Positions 26,601 to 37,830 of a stretch of 64,000 bases of DNA are shown in pieces. The number at the start of each line of letters is the position of its first letter. Position 1 is the stretch's first letter. A model generated the notes under the pieces. That model ran no database searches. It saw nothing but the letters and a program-made list of their open reading frames with translations, and had not been told where the DNA came from. Both the position numbers and the translations under genes were made by a program. The DNA comes from Nymphaea colorata (Eukaryota): contig NC_045138.2 in the NCBI RefSeq assembly GCF_008831285.2, forward strand, positions 43,834,001 to 43,898,000, read 5' to 3'.

Positions 26601-29600
26601 CAGGGCGGTTGCTATGGGGGTTACAGAGATGTTATGGCTCAAAATTCTTTTAGCAGATATTGGGGTTAAAATGGAAGAGAAGATGAGGATGTATTGTGAC
26701 AACAAGTCTGCGATTAACTTGGCAAACAATCCGGTCATGCACGACAGGACCAAACATATGGAGATCGATCGTCACTTCATACGGGAACGCATAGATTCAA
26801 AGGAGTTGATTCTGCCCTATATGAAGTCTGAAGATCAAGTTGCAGATGTCTTAACTAAGTCTTTATGTACATCTCAATTTGAGAAAAATGTTAGCAAGCT
26901 TGGCATGTTTGACATGTATGCCAAGCTTGAGGGGGAGTGTTAGAATATATTGTATTGGGAACCGGGTCCATATATGGACCCGGCCCTATGGGGCACGGAT
27001 ACCGAGGCAGGCTCGGTACCCTAGGCGGCACTCTTTCTCTCCCTCCTATATATTCTTCACTTACATGTAATTGTTGAGTTAAGTGAATATAATTTTCTCT
27101 CTCCTAGGGTTGCGGTTTGCCCCTAGGTCAGAGCTTCCCCGTGGTTTTTCACATCTTTCTGAGGTTTTCCACGTATATTGTGTGTTCTTTCTCTGCTCTC
27201 TCCTTTTGGTTCGTGTTCCTACTATATGAATTGTTTTGAAAGGCTTATAGTAATTGTTTTGATAATGTTACGCATTGCATGTGCATGCTAGAATTGATAA
27301 CTGTTTAGGACAGATGAGGCGGGGTATCGAGTCGAGTGTCTCCTCGACCCCAATTGTGCATTAGAAAGCATTCTAGAATGATAACTGCATAGGACAGCTA
27401 CGAGCCCACCACAGATTGAGACTACTCTCTGTGGTTTGGTTAAGTTTTCAAAGATGTGATTGTTATGATGATGAATGTGAATGTTATGTTTATTGAATAC
27501 TCATTGCCGTGGGCAATGATGCAAATGTTTGCACAGTGGGTAGTTGTACCCATATTGTTATGACGGCTAGCCAAAACTGTTGTGGTTATGTGTAACCCTC
27601 GTGTGGAGGCAATTGGAGGTGTGGGTTCACTCGTGAAGTGAACCAACCTCAGGAGCTAGCCAGTTAAATGTGTTTGTGCAAGTATAAGTATAAGAATGAA
27701 AGAATAAGAGATGAGAGGCCAGTGGGATGTGACTATGTATATGGGAGTTGTCCCACTTTCGCCACTGGTCTCGCCTGTTCGGAGCGCAGGCGGTGCAAGG
27801 CCCCAGGGTACTGTTGTGTGATGTGCTTGGAGCGTAGGCTCCCGCCTTCCCAACTTGGGTGTCCTAGGGAAGGCTGAGTATCTCTCATTGGAATTCACAC
27901 ATCCATGGATGAGTGCTCTACCGCTGCAGCGGATAGATGGATCCATACTGTTCTGGGCCACCACGGGGGTTGTCTCTCGGCTGTGGGCCGCCCGCGGTGT
28001 GCACGTGCCTGTGTTTGCACCCACAGGAACTGTAAATTCACTGATAGTAATGAAACTGCAATGTATGTGATTGAAATATATAGGATTGTTGTGCATGTGA
28101 CTGTTGTGCTTATGAATGCAAGTGACATGTTGATGATGCCTTGCATGTGATTGAAATTATGTTATTGTAGCCATTGAGTGGCGTCTGCATGTCGTGTCTT
28201 GACACGACATAATGATAGATTGTTCTGATGTTTGTTTGTGTACTGAGCCCGACCTAAGAGGGCTTGGACTTTTCCTGGCTTGTTGCCATACTGCGAAGGC
28301 TAAGCCTTCAGTTGTTTCCTTTTTTCAGGTTTTGGTGTACCCGGGGCAGCAGGCTGAGTAGATGGCTACACTCACGTCCTACTGGGGAGGTTTTGGGTTT
28401 TGTTTTGTTCTTGTAGTGCCGGCGCGTCGGGTTTTTGGTTTTACTGATGCCTTGTTTTGATGAGGCATCGATGTTGTGATTTTGAGGCATTTTTGTCAAA
28501 TGTACAATTGAATTGAAATGCTATATAATGGAAAGCTTGCCCCATTGTTTTGAATTGCTTGGCTCATTCCTTTTTGAACTATTGTGTAGTCACACCTCGA
28601 TGTTGGATGTTAGAAAAAAAAAAATGTTTGAGTGTCAAAAAGGTCGGGGTGTGACAGGAAAACCCAACTTACCGGATCTTCACCTGGGAAATAGGGAAAC
28701 TCTATCTTCGCAGGCTTCTAGGTGATGGCTCTAGGCCCATGCGTTGGGCCGCTGGCACCTCTGCGTCCCTTGTCGTCCGTCTCTGTGCGTTTGGAGTGAG
28801 GAGTGCAGCTGCCTAACTGCAGAAGTTCCGTCAGTATGGTGTTCATCTCCTGCTGCTCGATGAGGAAGGCATTTGGCCTTCCTTCCGGTCCATTCAATCG
28901 GAGATCAAGGCCTTGAATTTGACCACCAGATGTCCAACAGCTCCTCCATTCTCTCACGTTGAGCATGCACCACTGTTATGGCATCCTTGGTAATGATCTT
29001 CTTTGCCATCGATGGAGGCTCTGATACCTTGTTAGCTCCCACCCAACAGGTTACTCACACACTCCAAACTTAGAAGCCCAGCCTCTGCGGTAAGAACGAC
29101 GTAAGTATATTAAACATGTCCTTAGGGCTAATGCCTTATTACATTTATAAGTGGGATGTAATAGGGTGGGTTAAATTATTGCCCTAATCTACTAACTAAC
29201 CCAACCTAACCAGGACCCGACTCGCACCACCTGGGTCTAACAATGATCATCTAAGTAGAGTGATAGAGACTTTGCAAAGGCATAAGCATTATGCCAAACA
29301 ATGTTATGCGTATCGTACGATACACATGCGCATCATACAATATGTATCGTATAGGTTTAGAAAACCTATACGGTACGCTTACGACACACGATGCGCTCGT
29401 GTATCGTAAGCGTATCGCCCGTATCATACGATACGGGGAAAAACACATCATTCATTATTTTTTAAAGTTTAAACACTCCTCCTTCTCTCTCTCCTTGTGT
29501 TTAAAGACTCCAAGAGACATGGGAGGGAGATGTTTTGCTCATTTTCATAAAAAATAACTGAGGATTCATCGATTTGGGAGATACTATCGTTGAATCATGA

Positions 29601-32600
29601 AAGATGATAACTATATGTTTTGAACTTATGAAATTGTGATGTAATCTAAGTCCTAAGACTCCAAGTCCTAAGACTCAAAGTCCTAAGATTCTATAAAATT
29701 TCAAGTTTAAAATTGTGATGGATGCTTATTATGTTATTTTGAATCTCTGATTTCTTAGTTTTGAATGTGTTGTTGATACACATGAATGCTCATTATGTAT
29801 GATGATCTTTCTTATATTTGAATACGTTTTTCTTGATTTCTGATTTTTTTGTTTATTTTTTATTATTTTTTCTCTATTTTCTCTGATTTTTAATATTTTT
29901 TAAATTAAAAAATTAATTTTACGATACGCTACGCTATGTTTGCGATACGTTACGATACGACATATAGGTCGGCCCGACTGATACGCTTTACGCTACCACC
30001 TTTTACAACATTGATGATCTTGCTACAGTATCAAATGTGCATAATTAGAAGGGACTAAGAAATGTGACAGATCAAATGTTCAAATTTTGTGTGTTGTGAT
30101 GCACAAAAGGTCTGAATCTGGATAGTTTTATATTTTTGTACCTTTTGTAATATTGTACTTTAAGGTATAGTTTTCTTAATGAGGTATTGGTGCAGAAAAA
30201 TTGTGCTTGCAACAAATATTGCAGAAAGCAGTATCACAATTGATGATGTAGTGTATGTAATAGACTGTGGAAAAGCAAAAGAAACAAGCTATGATGCTCT
30301 TAACAAGCTAGCATGTTTGCTACCATCATGGGTATCAAAAGCATCAGCTCATCAGGTAATGAGTTTTGGTTATGCAGCTATGTTCAGGAACAATTTTATG
30401 TAATGACTAAAAACCTCATTCTGATATTGTTCTTTTGAATCCAAAATGTGCAGAGGCGTGGTCGTGCAGGGCGTGTTCAACCTGGTATTTGCTTTCGGTT
30501 GTACCCAAAATTGATCTATGAAGCAATGTCAGAATATCAGCTTCCAGAGATTCTTCGGACCCCACTCCAAGAACTCTGCTTGACCATTAAAAGCTTACAG
30601 CTTGGATGCATTAGCTCGTTCTTAGCCAAAGCCCTTCAGCCACCTGATCCTTTGTCTCTGCAAAATGCGATTGACCTTCTGAAAACTATAGGGGCTTTTG
30701 ATGATATGGAAGAACTCACCCCACTGGGTATATGAAATTTTAGCTCCACAGTAATCAAAACTGATTTTTTCTCTGCAGTTTCATCATCTTGCTTGTTACC
30801 TGTCTAAATTTTTCTTCTCTCTTATTTACAGGGCGTCATCTTTGCACTTTGCCTTTGGATCCAAATATTGGGAAAATGCTGCTGTTTGGGTCCATCTTTC
30901 AATGTTTGGATCCGGCACTAACCATTGCTGCAGCTTTAGCACATCGTGATCCATTTGTCCTTCCAATAAATAGAAAAGAAGAAGCTGATGAAGCAAAACG
31001 ATTCTTTGCTGGTGACTCTTTCAGGTATCGGCTGCATGTTTCACTTTTGAGTTTTGTGAGGCTATTGTTGACACATCATATTTGCATTCAAATAAAAGTT
31101 TTGTGCTCGACATGAAGGAAAGCTTGCATGAATTGTGTTGTGTTTTCCATCCTTACCTTCTTTTTATGTCATTAGCTACAGGGATATGAGCATTTATGTT
31201 CTATTTTGTTTTGTGCCTTGTCAACAATTTTTAAGTATTTGTTAATGATGCAACCCTATGGTGAATGCAACAAAGAATGAAGAGTCAATGTCTTGATTGA
31301 ATTTTATTACCAAAAATTGACTATATAAGTTTTTTTCTACTTGCAAAATTTGACTTCGTCGTCAGACTCAAAATTTCTTTTTACGAATTCTATAATTTTT
31401 GGCATTCAACGTCCAACTGTGCTTTAGATTTATGAAATAACTCTAGAACCAGGTGCGGAGGGAGGGGGGGGGGGGGGGGCGCCTAGGCCATCGCCCCACC
31501 CCAACCAAATTAAAAAAAAAAAATCTAGTGTAAAAATTGAAATTTTTTTTTTTGTCTCAATGTATTTTTTGAATATAAGTTCAGTTTGGCCTTACCCAAA
31601 TCCAATCCACAAAACCTAGTCCCCATTTGGCCCGCCCTTGCGAAAAATCCTGGCTCCACCCCTGTCTAGAACCATTAGATGACCCCATAAGTAGGACAAA
31701 TTTCATGTATGTGTGTATGTATGTATGTATGTGTGTATGTGTGTGACACCAAAGATTTCCATTTGTGCTTGAATACGACACTTTCTTGTTAGATGAACTA
31801 TATGGATGCAATCTCATATTCAAAAACTTAGGAATCATCATGGAGGTTGTGCTTTTTAATCTGTTCATGTGATTTGACAAGGGCCTAATGGTCTTAAATC
31901 TTTGGGCTCACATTATCTTTACTTGTTTCTAGTTTTCTGGAAATTGAGCTATATTTCTGTCTAGTTTGCAAAATGTGTGTATGGTGAGGTATCCAGCTAG
32001 TGTGTTGCATTTTACTATACAAATAATTCCTCCTTCTGTCTCTCTCTCTTGTTTTTTTTGTGTGTGTATTGAACAAACGTACTTGAGACCTTGTCTTTAT
32101 CATTTTTGAAGGGATCGTGCTATCACATACACATAATTGAGAAATACTTTGTCGCTAATAAATGGACAAATATTTTTTATGTCACTACTGGTTGGGTTAT
32201 ATGTGAATTGCAATTCGAGTGCTGTAAGGCTATGTCACATGGGTGCTTCTAAATGGCTGCCACACCCATGTCGACACTGCTGCTGGTGCTCTGACACACA
32301 CGTTCGGGCACTAGTTGTTTATAAGTAATGAAACAAGTTGTCATCCCTCTAATTCAGCACGTGTGATATACTAGCCATATCACACACATGTTTACACACA
32401 CACACATATATATATATATATCACTCCCAGCCGCCAAGTTTTTTAAATTGCTCTGAACCCATGTCTACAACTATATCCAGAAGCCGTATATATATATATA
32501 TATATATATATCACTCCCAGCCGCCAAGTTTTTTAAATTGCTCTGAACCCATGTCTACAACTATATCCAGAGCCGTGTGATGTGATTTTGATCTTTATGC

Positions 32601-35166
32601 AGTGATCACATTGCACTTCTCAAAGCATTTGAAAGTTGGCAACATGCTAAACGTGATGGCAAAGCACGTGATTTTTGTTGGAGAAACTTTTTATCTCCTA
32701 CAACAATGCAGATGATAGAGGACATGAGGAACCAGTTCTATGATCTACTCTCTGATATTGGATTTGTTGATAAAGCACGAGGAATGAAGGTCAGATGCTT
32801 CCTGCTAATCGTTTGTCTTAAATATTTCATGTCTTTAAAGAGTGTATTTAACCTTTTGAGGTACCCGATAGTGAAATTTTCACTGTCTTGCAGCATTAGG
32901 GCATTTTTCATGTCCAATTGAAATTTTGTTTTTCATGAGTTGTTAATCATGTATTTGAATGTATCTTCATACTATGCTTACTCTCCAATTAGGGCATCTC
33001 TCATTGTCTTTCTCGAAGTCCTTTAAAATTGAAACATGGTGTGGCTTCTGTTAAAGTGCAAGAGAAATGAACGTAACTAAATACAATGTACAGAATCGAT
33101 GCAATGAAAGAAAATGATAGTTGTTGAAGTGTTATAAGTACCCTAGTCCATGTATATTTTTGTTCTGACATGACATAGTGCCTATTTAATATCTGGTCTG
33201 GAAGGTCGTTGACAAGTTCCCTAAAAGTTAAGTCACATGGGCGTCGGAATGGGTTTGGATACAGCAATGCAGGTACAAGGATGGCAATTTTAAAAAATCT
33301 GCATACAGAGGTGCAGCTGTGTTTATAACGTTATATACATATAAAATCCCCAAAAAAATCTAAATTAATATGTACAAAATCCCCAAAAAAATATAAATTA
33401 AAGCAATTTTATATACAATGATAAACTCTGCAGTCGGTACAATCCTGATTTTCATTCATCAAAAATCTTTTTTAGCATGTTACTTACTAAAACCAAGAGG
33501 AAAAGAATATAATAGCAGAAATATACTTGCAGATTTCCAGAAATATATTAACATAAATCTTAGAAGTAACAACAGCATTACAATTTGTTTTTTTCAGCAC
33601 GATACTATGACTGCAGTGCCAAAAGAGATTTTCTGAAAGGTGAAACCTAACCAGAGTTCTGTTTCAACTGTCTAGCAGGGTACTGAACTGAAAATCAGAA
33701 CTAAACTGCAAAAAATCAAAACCCAAAATTGAAACAAGCTGCAAATCAGAAATAAAATAGTTCAGAACCAAAAAAATAAATCAGAGATCATAATAATAAT
33801 AATCAAAATCGAAAATATTAGGGAAAAACAAAAGATACCCAAAAAAACCTAGCTTCAGAAAAGAGAAAAATGGGCCAAAAACCTGACATACCTCATCGCT
33901 GCAGGTCTCTCCCATTCTCTGCCCGTTGCTGGCAGTGAGAGTCTCAGCCTCATGCCATCATGTCCTCTTGCAAGTGAAGATGTGTGGAAGGCTTAGGGGT
34001 CCAAGGGGAGGAGAAGAAGACTGTCAGGGGTGTCACGTTTTTTTAAGAAAAGGGTCACTTAAGCATTTTTTATCAGGTCTAACCCAGACCTGATCCAAAG
34101 CATACCAAGAGTGTATCAATACCTGTATTGCTGTGCGGGCATACCAGCACACGTACAGGGACGTTGTGCACATACCCTTGTGCCATGGCTAAAAGTAGAA
34201 GTGACACACATCATGTTGTGTAAACTGACCAAAATAATATAAACATGTGTCTACAAGCTATTGTGATTGCTAGTTACTATTTTCTTAAAACCCTTCAACC
34301 AATTTTAATTTGAAAGGAATAGGTGGTGTGAGAGACTGTTGGGAATTTAGGAAAAATAAGAGGCCCATAGTTTGAAATCAACTCCACAGCATGAGAACAG
34401 CATATCAAAAAGATAAGGTCAAAGGGTAGGTCCATCATATCCTAGTAGTAATTCAATATATGTTTGACAATGTGATAGCAATTTAGAGTTTTGTAGTCTG
34501 TCATGTTTGAAAAGGTCTTGTGCTCATTGCTAAGAACATCACTTGCCTCTTTCAGGCATACAATCTTTATAGCATGGATATAGAGATGATATGTGCCACC
34601 CTCTGTGCTGGGTTATATCCTAATGTGCTGCAATGCAAACGAAGAGGAAAAAGGACAGCATTCTACACTAAAGATGTTGGTAAAGTGGATATCCATCCAT
34701 CATCCGTCAATGCTGGGATTCATCTTTTCCCGCTGCCATATATGGTTTTCAGTGACAAGGTGAAGACTACTAGCGTATTCGTGAGGGGTTCAACTAATAT
34801 ATCAGATTATACTCTGCTGATGTTTGGAGGCAATCTCATGCCTAGCCGAAGTGGAGAAGGCATCGAGATGCTTGGAGGCTACCTTCATTTTTCTGCTTCC
34901 AAGAGCGTATTACAACTGATACAGGTTAGTATGAGCTATTTAAGTTCCTTTTCCTCTCCTTTCTCTTCTCTATGTTTGTTAGAAGGGCCAATTTGTTCCT
35001 ACCTTTATGGCAGAGGTTGAGAGGTGAACTTGATAGGCTTCTTCAGAAGAAAATCGAGGATCCTGAGGTAGACATTACTGCAGAAGGAAAGGGGGTTGTA
35101 GCTGCTGTTGTGGAATTGTTACATAGCCAAAATTTACAAGAAACGTATGGTTATAGACGCCACTGA
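14721..35166 (+). CDS. DExH1: DExH-box ATP-dependent RNA helicase (DExH1/DHX36-like), 3' part; exons 14721-14935, 30196-30355, 30454-30727, 30832-31024, 32603-32789, 34556-34924, 35014-35166
   Basis: Spliced exons join in frame: [47 protein letters not shown] (motif V), QRRGRAGRV (motif VI), HA2 and OB-fold-like C-terminus. The 5' exons were not found in the window. Ortholog name is from recalled similarity. Confidence 0.9.
16547..16969. mobile_element. AT-rich MITE-like element within a (TA)n/(TG)n microsatellite
   Basis: CAGTGTC...GATATTG degenerate termini, repeated gatatt/aatatc subterminal motifs, microsatellite on both sides. Confidence 0.5.
18000..18542 (+). mobile_element. Old degenerate Gypsy RT remnant (continues at 29248-29298)
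   Basis: [20 protein letters not shown] and [20 protein letters not shown]. Resumes after the insertion as [17 protein letters not shown]. Confidence 0.8.
21945..27223 (+). mobile_element. Young Ty1/Copia element with TG...CT LTR termini
   Basis: 286-bp LTRs at 21945-22230 and 26938-27223 with one visible mismatch (cat/cac). TSD ATATG. PBS TGGTATCAGAGC at 22231-22242; PPT gagggggag just before 26938. Confidence 0.95.
22646..26943 (+). pseudogene. Copia gag-pol with a single 1-bp frameshift in the protease region (~23885)
   Basis: Gag/PR ORF ([21 protein letters not shown]) ends at TAA 23888-23890. INT/RT/RNase H continue in another frame to 26943. Adding one base restores LHVPNI(S/P)VNLLSVS. 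Confidence 0.88.
29299..30013. mobile_element. Non-autonomous TIR element (hAT-like MITE)
   Basis: CAATGTT...AACATTG terminal inverted repeats and clusters of cgtatcg/cgatacg at both ends. No clean TSD. Confidence 0.7.
30196..30355 (+). CDS. DExH1: Helicase exon ([11 protein letters not shown]...SAHQ)
   Basis: tgcag acceptor, CAG|GTAATG donor, motif V. Confidence 0.92.
30454..30727 (+). CDS. DExH1: Helicase exon ([11 protein letters not shown]...LTPL)
   Basis: tgcag acceptor, G|GTATAT donor, motif VI. Confidence 0.92.
30832..31024 (+). CDS. DExH1: Helicase exon ([11 protein letters not shown]...AGDSF)
   Basis: tacag acceptor, AG|GTATCG donor, HA2-like sequence. Confidence 0.92.
31450..31664. 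mobile_element. hAT-type MITE (215 bp)
   Basis: CAGGTGCGGAG...CTCCACCCCTG TIRs with a perfect 8-bp TSD TCTAGAAC (31442-31449, 31665-31672). Confidence 0.9.
32405..32577. repeat. Two-copy ~90-bp tandem duplication anchored in (TA)n
   Basis: tcactcccagccgccaag...ctatatccaga at 32421 and 32511. Confidence 0.85.
32603..32789 (+). CDS. DExH1: Helicase exon ([10 protein letters not shown]...ARGMK)
   Basis: tgcag acceptor, AAG|GTCAGA donor, frame continuous with neighbouring exons. Confidence 0.9.
33229..34188. mobile_element. hAT-like non-autonomous element
   Basis: Degenerate TIRs taagtcacatggg / cccttgtgccatgg, flanked by 8-bp direct repeat CTAAAAGT (33221-33228, 34189-34196). Confidence 0.7.
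34556..34924 (+). CDS. DExH1: Helicase exon (AYNLYS...LQLIQ)
   Basis: ttcag acceptor, CAG|GTTAGT donor; LCAGLYPNV and IHPSSVN motifs. Confidence 0.92.
35014..35166 (+). CDS. DExH1: Helicase last exon ([10 protein letters not shown]...YRRH*)
   Basis: ggcag acceptor; stop TGA at 35164-35166. Confidence 0.88.
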   Translation, partial: RLRGELDRLLQKKIEDPEVDITAEGKGVVAAVVELLHSQNLQETYGYRRH

Positions 35167-37279
35167 CTGATATGTGCTTAGGAAAGTATAGTGTCTTGGT
35201 TTATCGGTCAAGTTGCTCTTGGAGCTACTCGTTTTCTGTTGTTCTTAAATTATGATCATCATGGTCTGGTTCCTTAACACACCTGGCATCCACGGTCTGT
35301 CTGATAAGTCATGCTACAAGTACTTAGAACTTCCTGTGCTGTAGTTGCTTCATCATTAGATTCTACTTTTATAGCTATTTGGAATTCAGAAACTGTCCTG
35401 ACTGACCAGTGAAAGGTTTTGGTTCATCAGCTTCAGAATCTTCAGCTCCAAAATGGGCCTTGTATGCATATTATATTTGACCTTCATAGGAAGTCTATCT
35501 ATTCCACACCAGAAAATATTTTTATCTGCATGAATGAAAGCAGATTGAGTTTATTTGACCTATTACAGAAAAAATAATGAAATATGGAAAAGAATGTACC
35601 ATATGCTTTTTCCTCTAAAGCCAAATCCATCTTAGATCTTGAAGATGCAGCATATGAGCTTGCCATCAACATGGATCTCGGTCGCCTCTACCTGCAGCAC
35701 AGCGTCTCTCTTGCACAGACAACCTAATGTCAGCCTGCAAGATAATTCAGTGTAAAGTGAGGATTGCCACATAACTGTCCTTTCGTGTGCATGTTTGCCT
35801 GCATTGCTCTAACCAGTTTACCACCAATGGTTGGCCATTAAGACTTAGATTTTGAGGTGAATCTTATATTCTCGTGCTGCAGCTGGTATTTATTTTTTAT
35901 GCACGAATTGTTCAATCTCCTCTGCTATCGCCAAGCTTTGCTCTCTATAAGTGGAGTGCCTCTTCTCCCTTCTCTGCCAGATCAGTTCTTGAACCCTGCA
36001 CGTTTTACTAGTCCGTCGTACCATCACAATGCCAGGGGATAACCTCCCAATGGTTTTCTCAGCAAAGACAAATTCATGTTCTTGCTGAAGTATCAAAAGC
36101 CTTTAGCAGCCTGGTGGGAGGCTTTAATGAACTGTCAGCACGTTCCTGTGTTCTTGATCGCAAGATAACACTCCTTTAGAGACTGTTGTAAGATAATGTC
36201 TAGCTTATTGATTTGAAAGAGGGAGGGGTTGCGGTTTGGGTGGGGTACTACCTCATATTTGAAATCCATGGATCTGATGTATATCTAACATAGAATGTTT
36301 TTGGTAATGTGGAAAAGATCCATAGTAAAATTCATGGTTTCATTAAACTAAGTATCTTATAAGATCTACACTTAAGATCCTTATCTTAGCTTTTTATATT
36401 AAGCAAAGATCAGATTTAAAATTGGAAAGGGGAGGATTTAATCTTTAATCTGTTATTCTCAAATTTTGTGGATTTTAGATCAGGGACAACTAAATGCACC
36501 TTGAGAGTAGGATGGAATATCACAATTGTGTTCTTGCAACTAAAACTCAAAATCTGTTTCATAAATAGAATAAATTAACCAGATTTGGATTATTTGGATC
36601 AAATATGGCAAACTCTTGCGCATCTTTCACAAGTGCAACTTTGTACTTTTTGCTGCAAATGAGGCAAACAATTTCTCCTCTTCAGGCATGGGCTGGTAAA
36701 CTTATCATGAGCAATTCCAAGCTAAAGCTTGCTAATGACAAATCTATGGAAGTACGGCATCAGCACCTCAACTTGGAGGTTACAAAAACAATTCAAATAT
36801 TTGGGTAATTTTGGGTAACTGACAACATTAAAAGGAATAAAAAAAATACATAAAAAATCGTGCTTAGAAATAATGCATTATTAAAATTTCTCATGCTTAG
36901 ATGTTGCTATTCCTGGAGTTCAAACATGCAGTCCCCATAACCACCCCGTCCAGAGGTATCAAGGGAGGTGAAATCAATGCGGTCGAGTTCTCCCCATTCA
37001 GCTTTCTCTTTCCAAGGTCTTTTTGGACTTCACTATCTCATTGTCTACACAACTTGTAACCACGCTTTGTTTCCATTCACAAAGAGTTTTCCAAACTATT
37101 CAGCAAATGTCAAAATCTTCAAAATACTCGACATATTGAGATTGGCTTTGCAATGCTGTTAGAAGCTGCCAATAGCTTCTTGATCAATTGTTGACACTCC
37201 GTTCTCCCATAGTTTGCGCCTCAGAATATGTTTCTTTTGTAACCAGGCGCCATGGCATCGTGGAAGATATTCAATTATA

Positions 37280-37830
37280 GTTCTTAATTATCAAAACACC
37301 TCCATCACTCCCATGCGATAGTTAACATGTTTGCATTAGCTGTATCCAAGAATGGATGCCCAAGGATAATAGGCATCTGATGGATGTCAATCATGTCATC
37401 CACACCCTTCATGTCTAGTATGATAAAGTCTATAAGGAAATAGAAGTCTTCCACCCCGACTAAAATGACTTTAAGAATTCCAAGTGGGAACTTAATAGAC
37501 CAGCCTAGCAACTACGTACATGGCAAAGAAGTTGGCTTCATATTTTTTTTGCATCATAAAAGAACCCAAGCAAATTTTTCACACTTGCGTTAAATCAAGC
37601 TTGGAGCGCTCTACAGTGATTTTATCTATCATGCATGAGATGATGGGTGCCCCTGGATCCTTGAGCTTGGGTGGAGTTTAGTGTTTGAGCACTAGACTCA
37701 TGTGTTTATGAGATATACTTTCTTAAGTCCACCACACCTCTTCTTCTTCTTTTCTACATATACAATTATTTTGGGAATCGTGCATACGTAGGATCTTGCT
37801 AAATCACCTCGAGAAATGGGCATAGTAGGG
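37280..37830 (-). mobile_element. Degenerate Gypsy (Athila-like) protease-region remnant
   Basis: PPKLKDPG and IKFPLGIL..VEDFYFLIDFIILDM..PIILGHPFL in broken frames. Confidence 0.7.

Larger units (their letters stand above)
20384..28656 (+). mobile_element. Solo LTR (~2.99 kb) split by a Copia insertion
   Basis: TGTAATG...GTGTGACA ends with TSD GGAAA (20379-20383, 28657-28661). Same family as 752-3752. Confidence 0.92.
18543..29242 (-). mobile_element. Gypsy (chromovirus-like) internally deleted element, ~2.4 kb without its nested insert
   Basis: TSD ATGAT (18538-18542, 29243-29247). LTR at 29030-29242 with a diverged, partial copy from 18543. PBS-like ggtatcagagcc at 29017-29028 (minus strand). 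RT remnant [38 protein letters not shown] at 19356-19649. Confidence 0.88.

Noticed and set aside
26930..26943. pol stop codon located inside the 3' LTR (also at 5018-5023)
   Set aside because: Common in compact Copia elements; not unusual.
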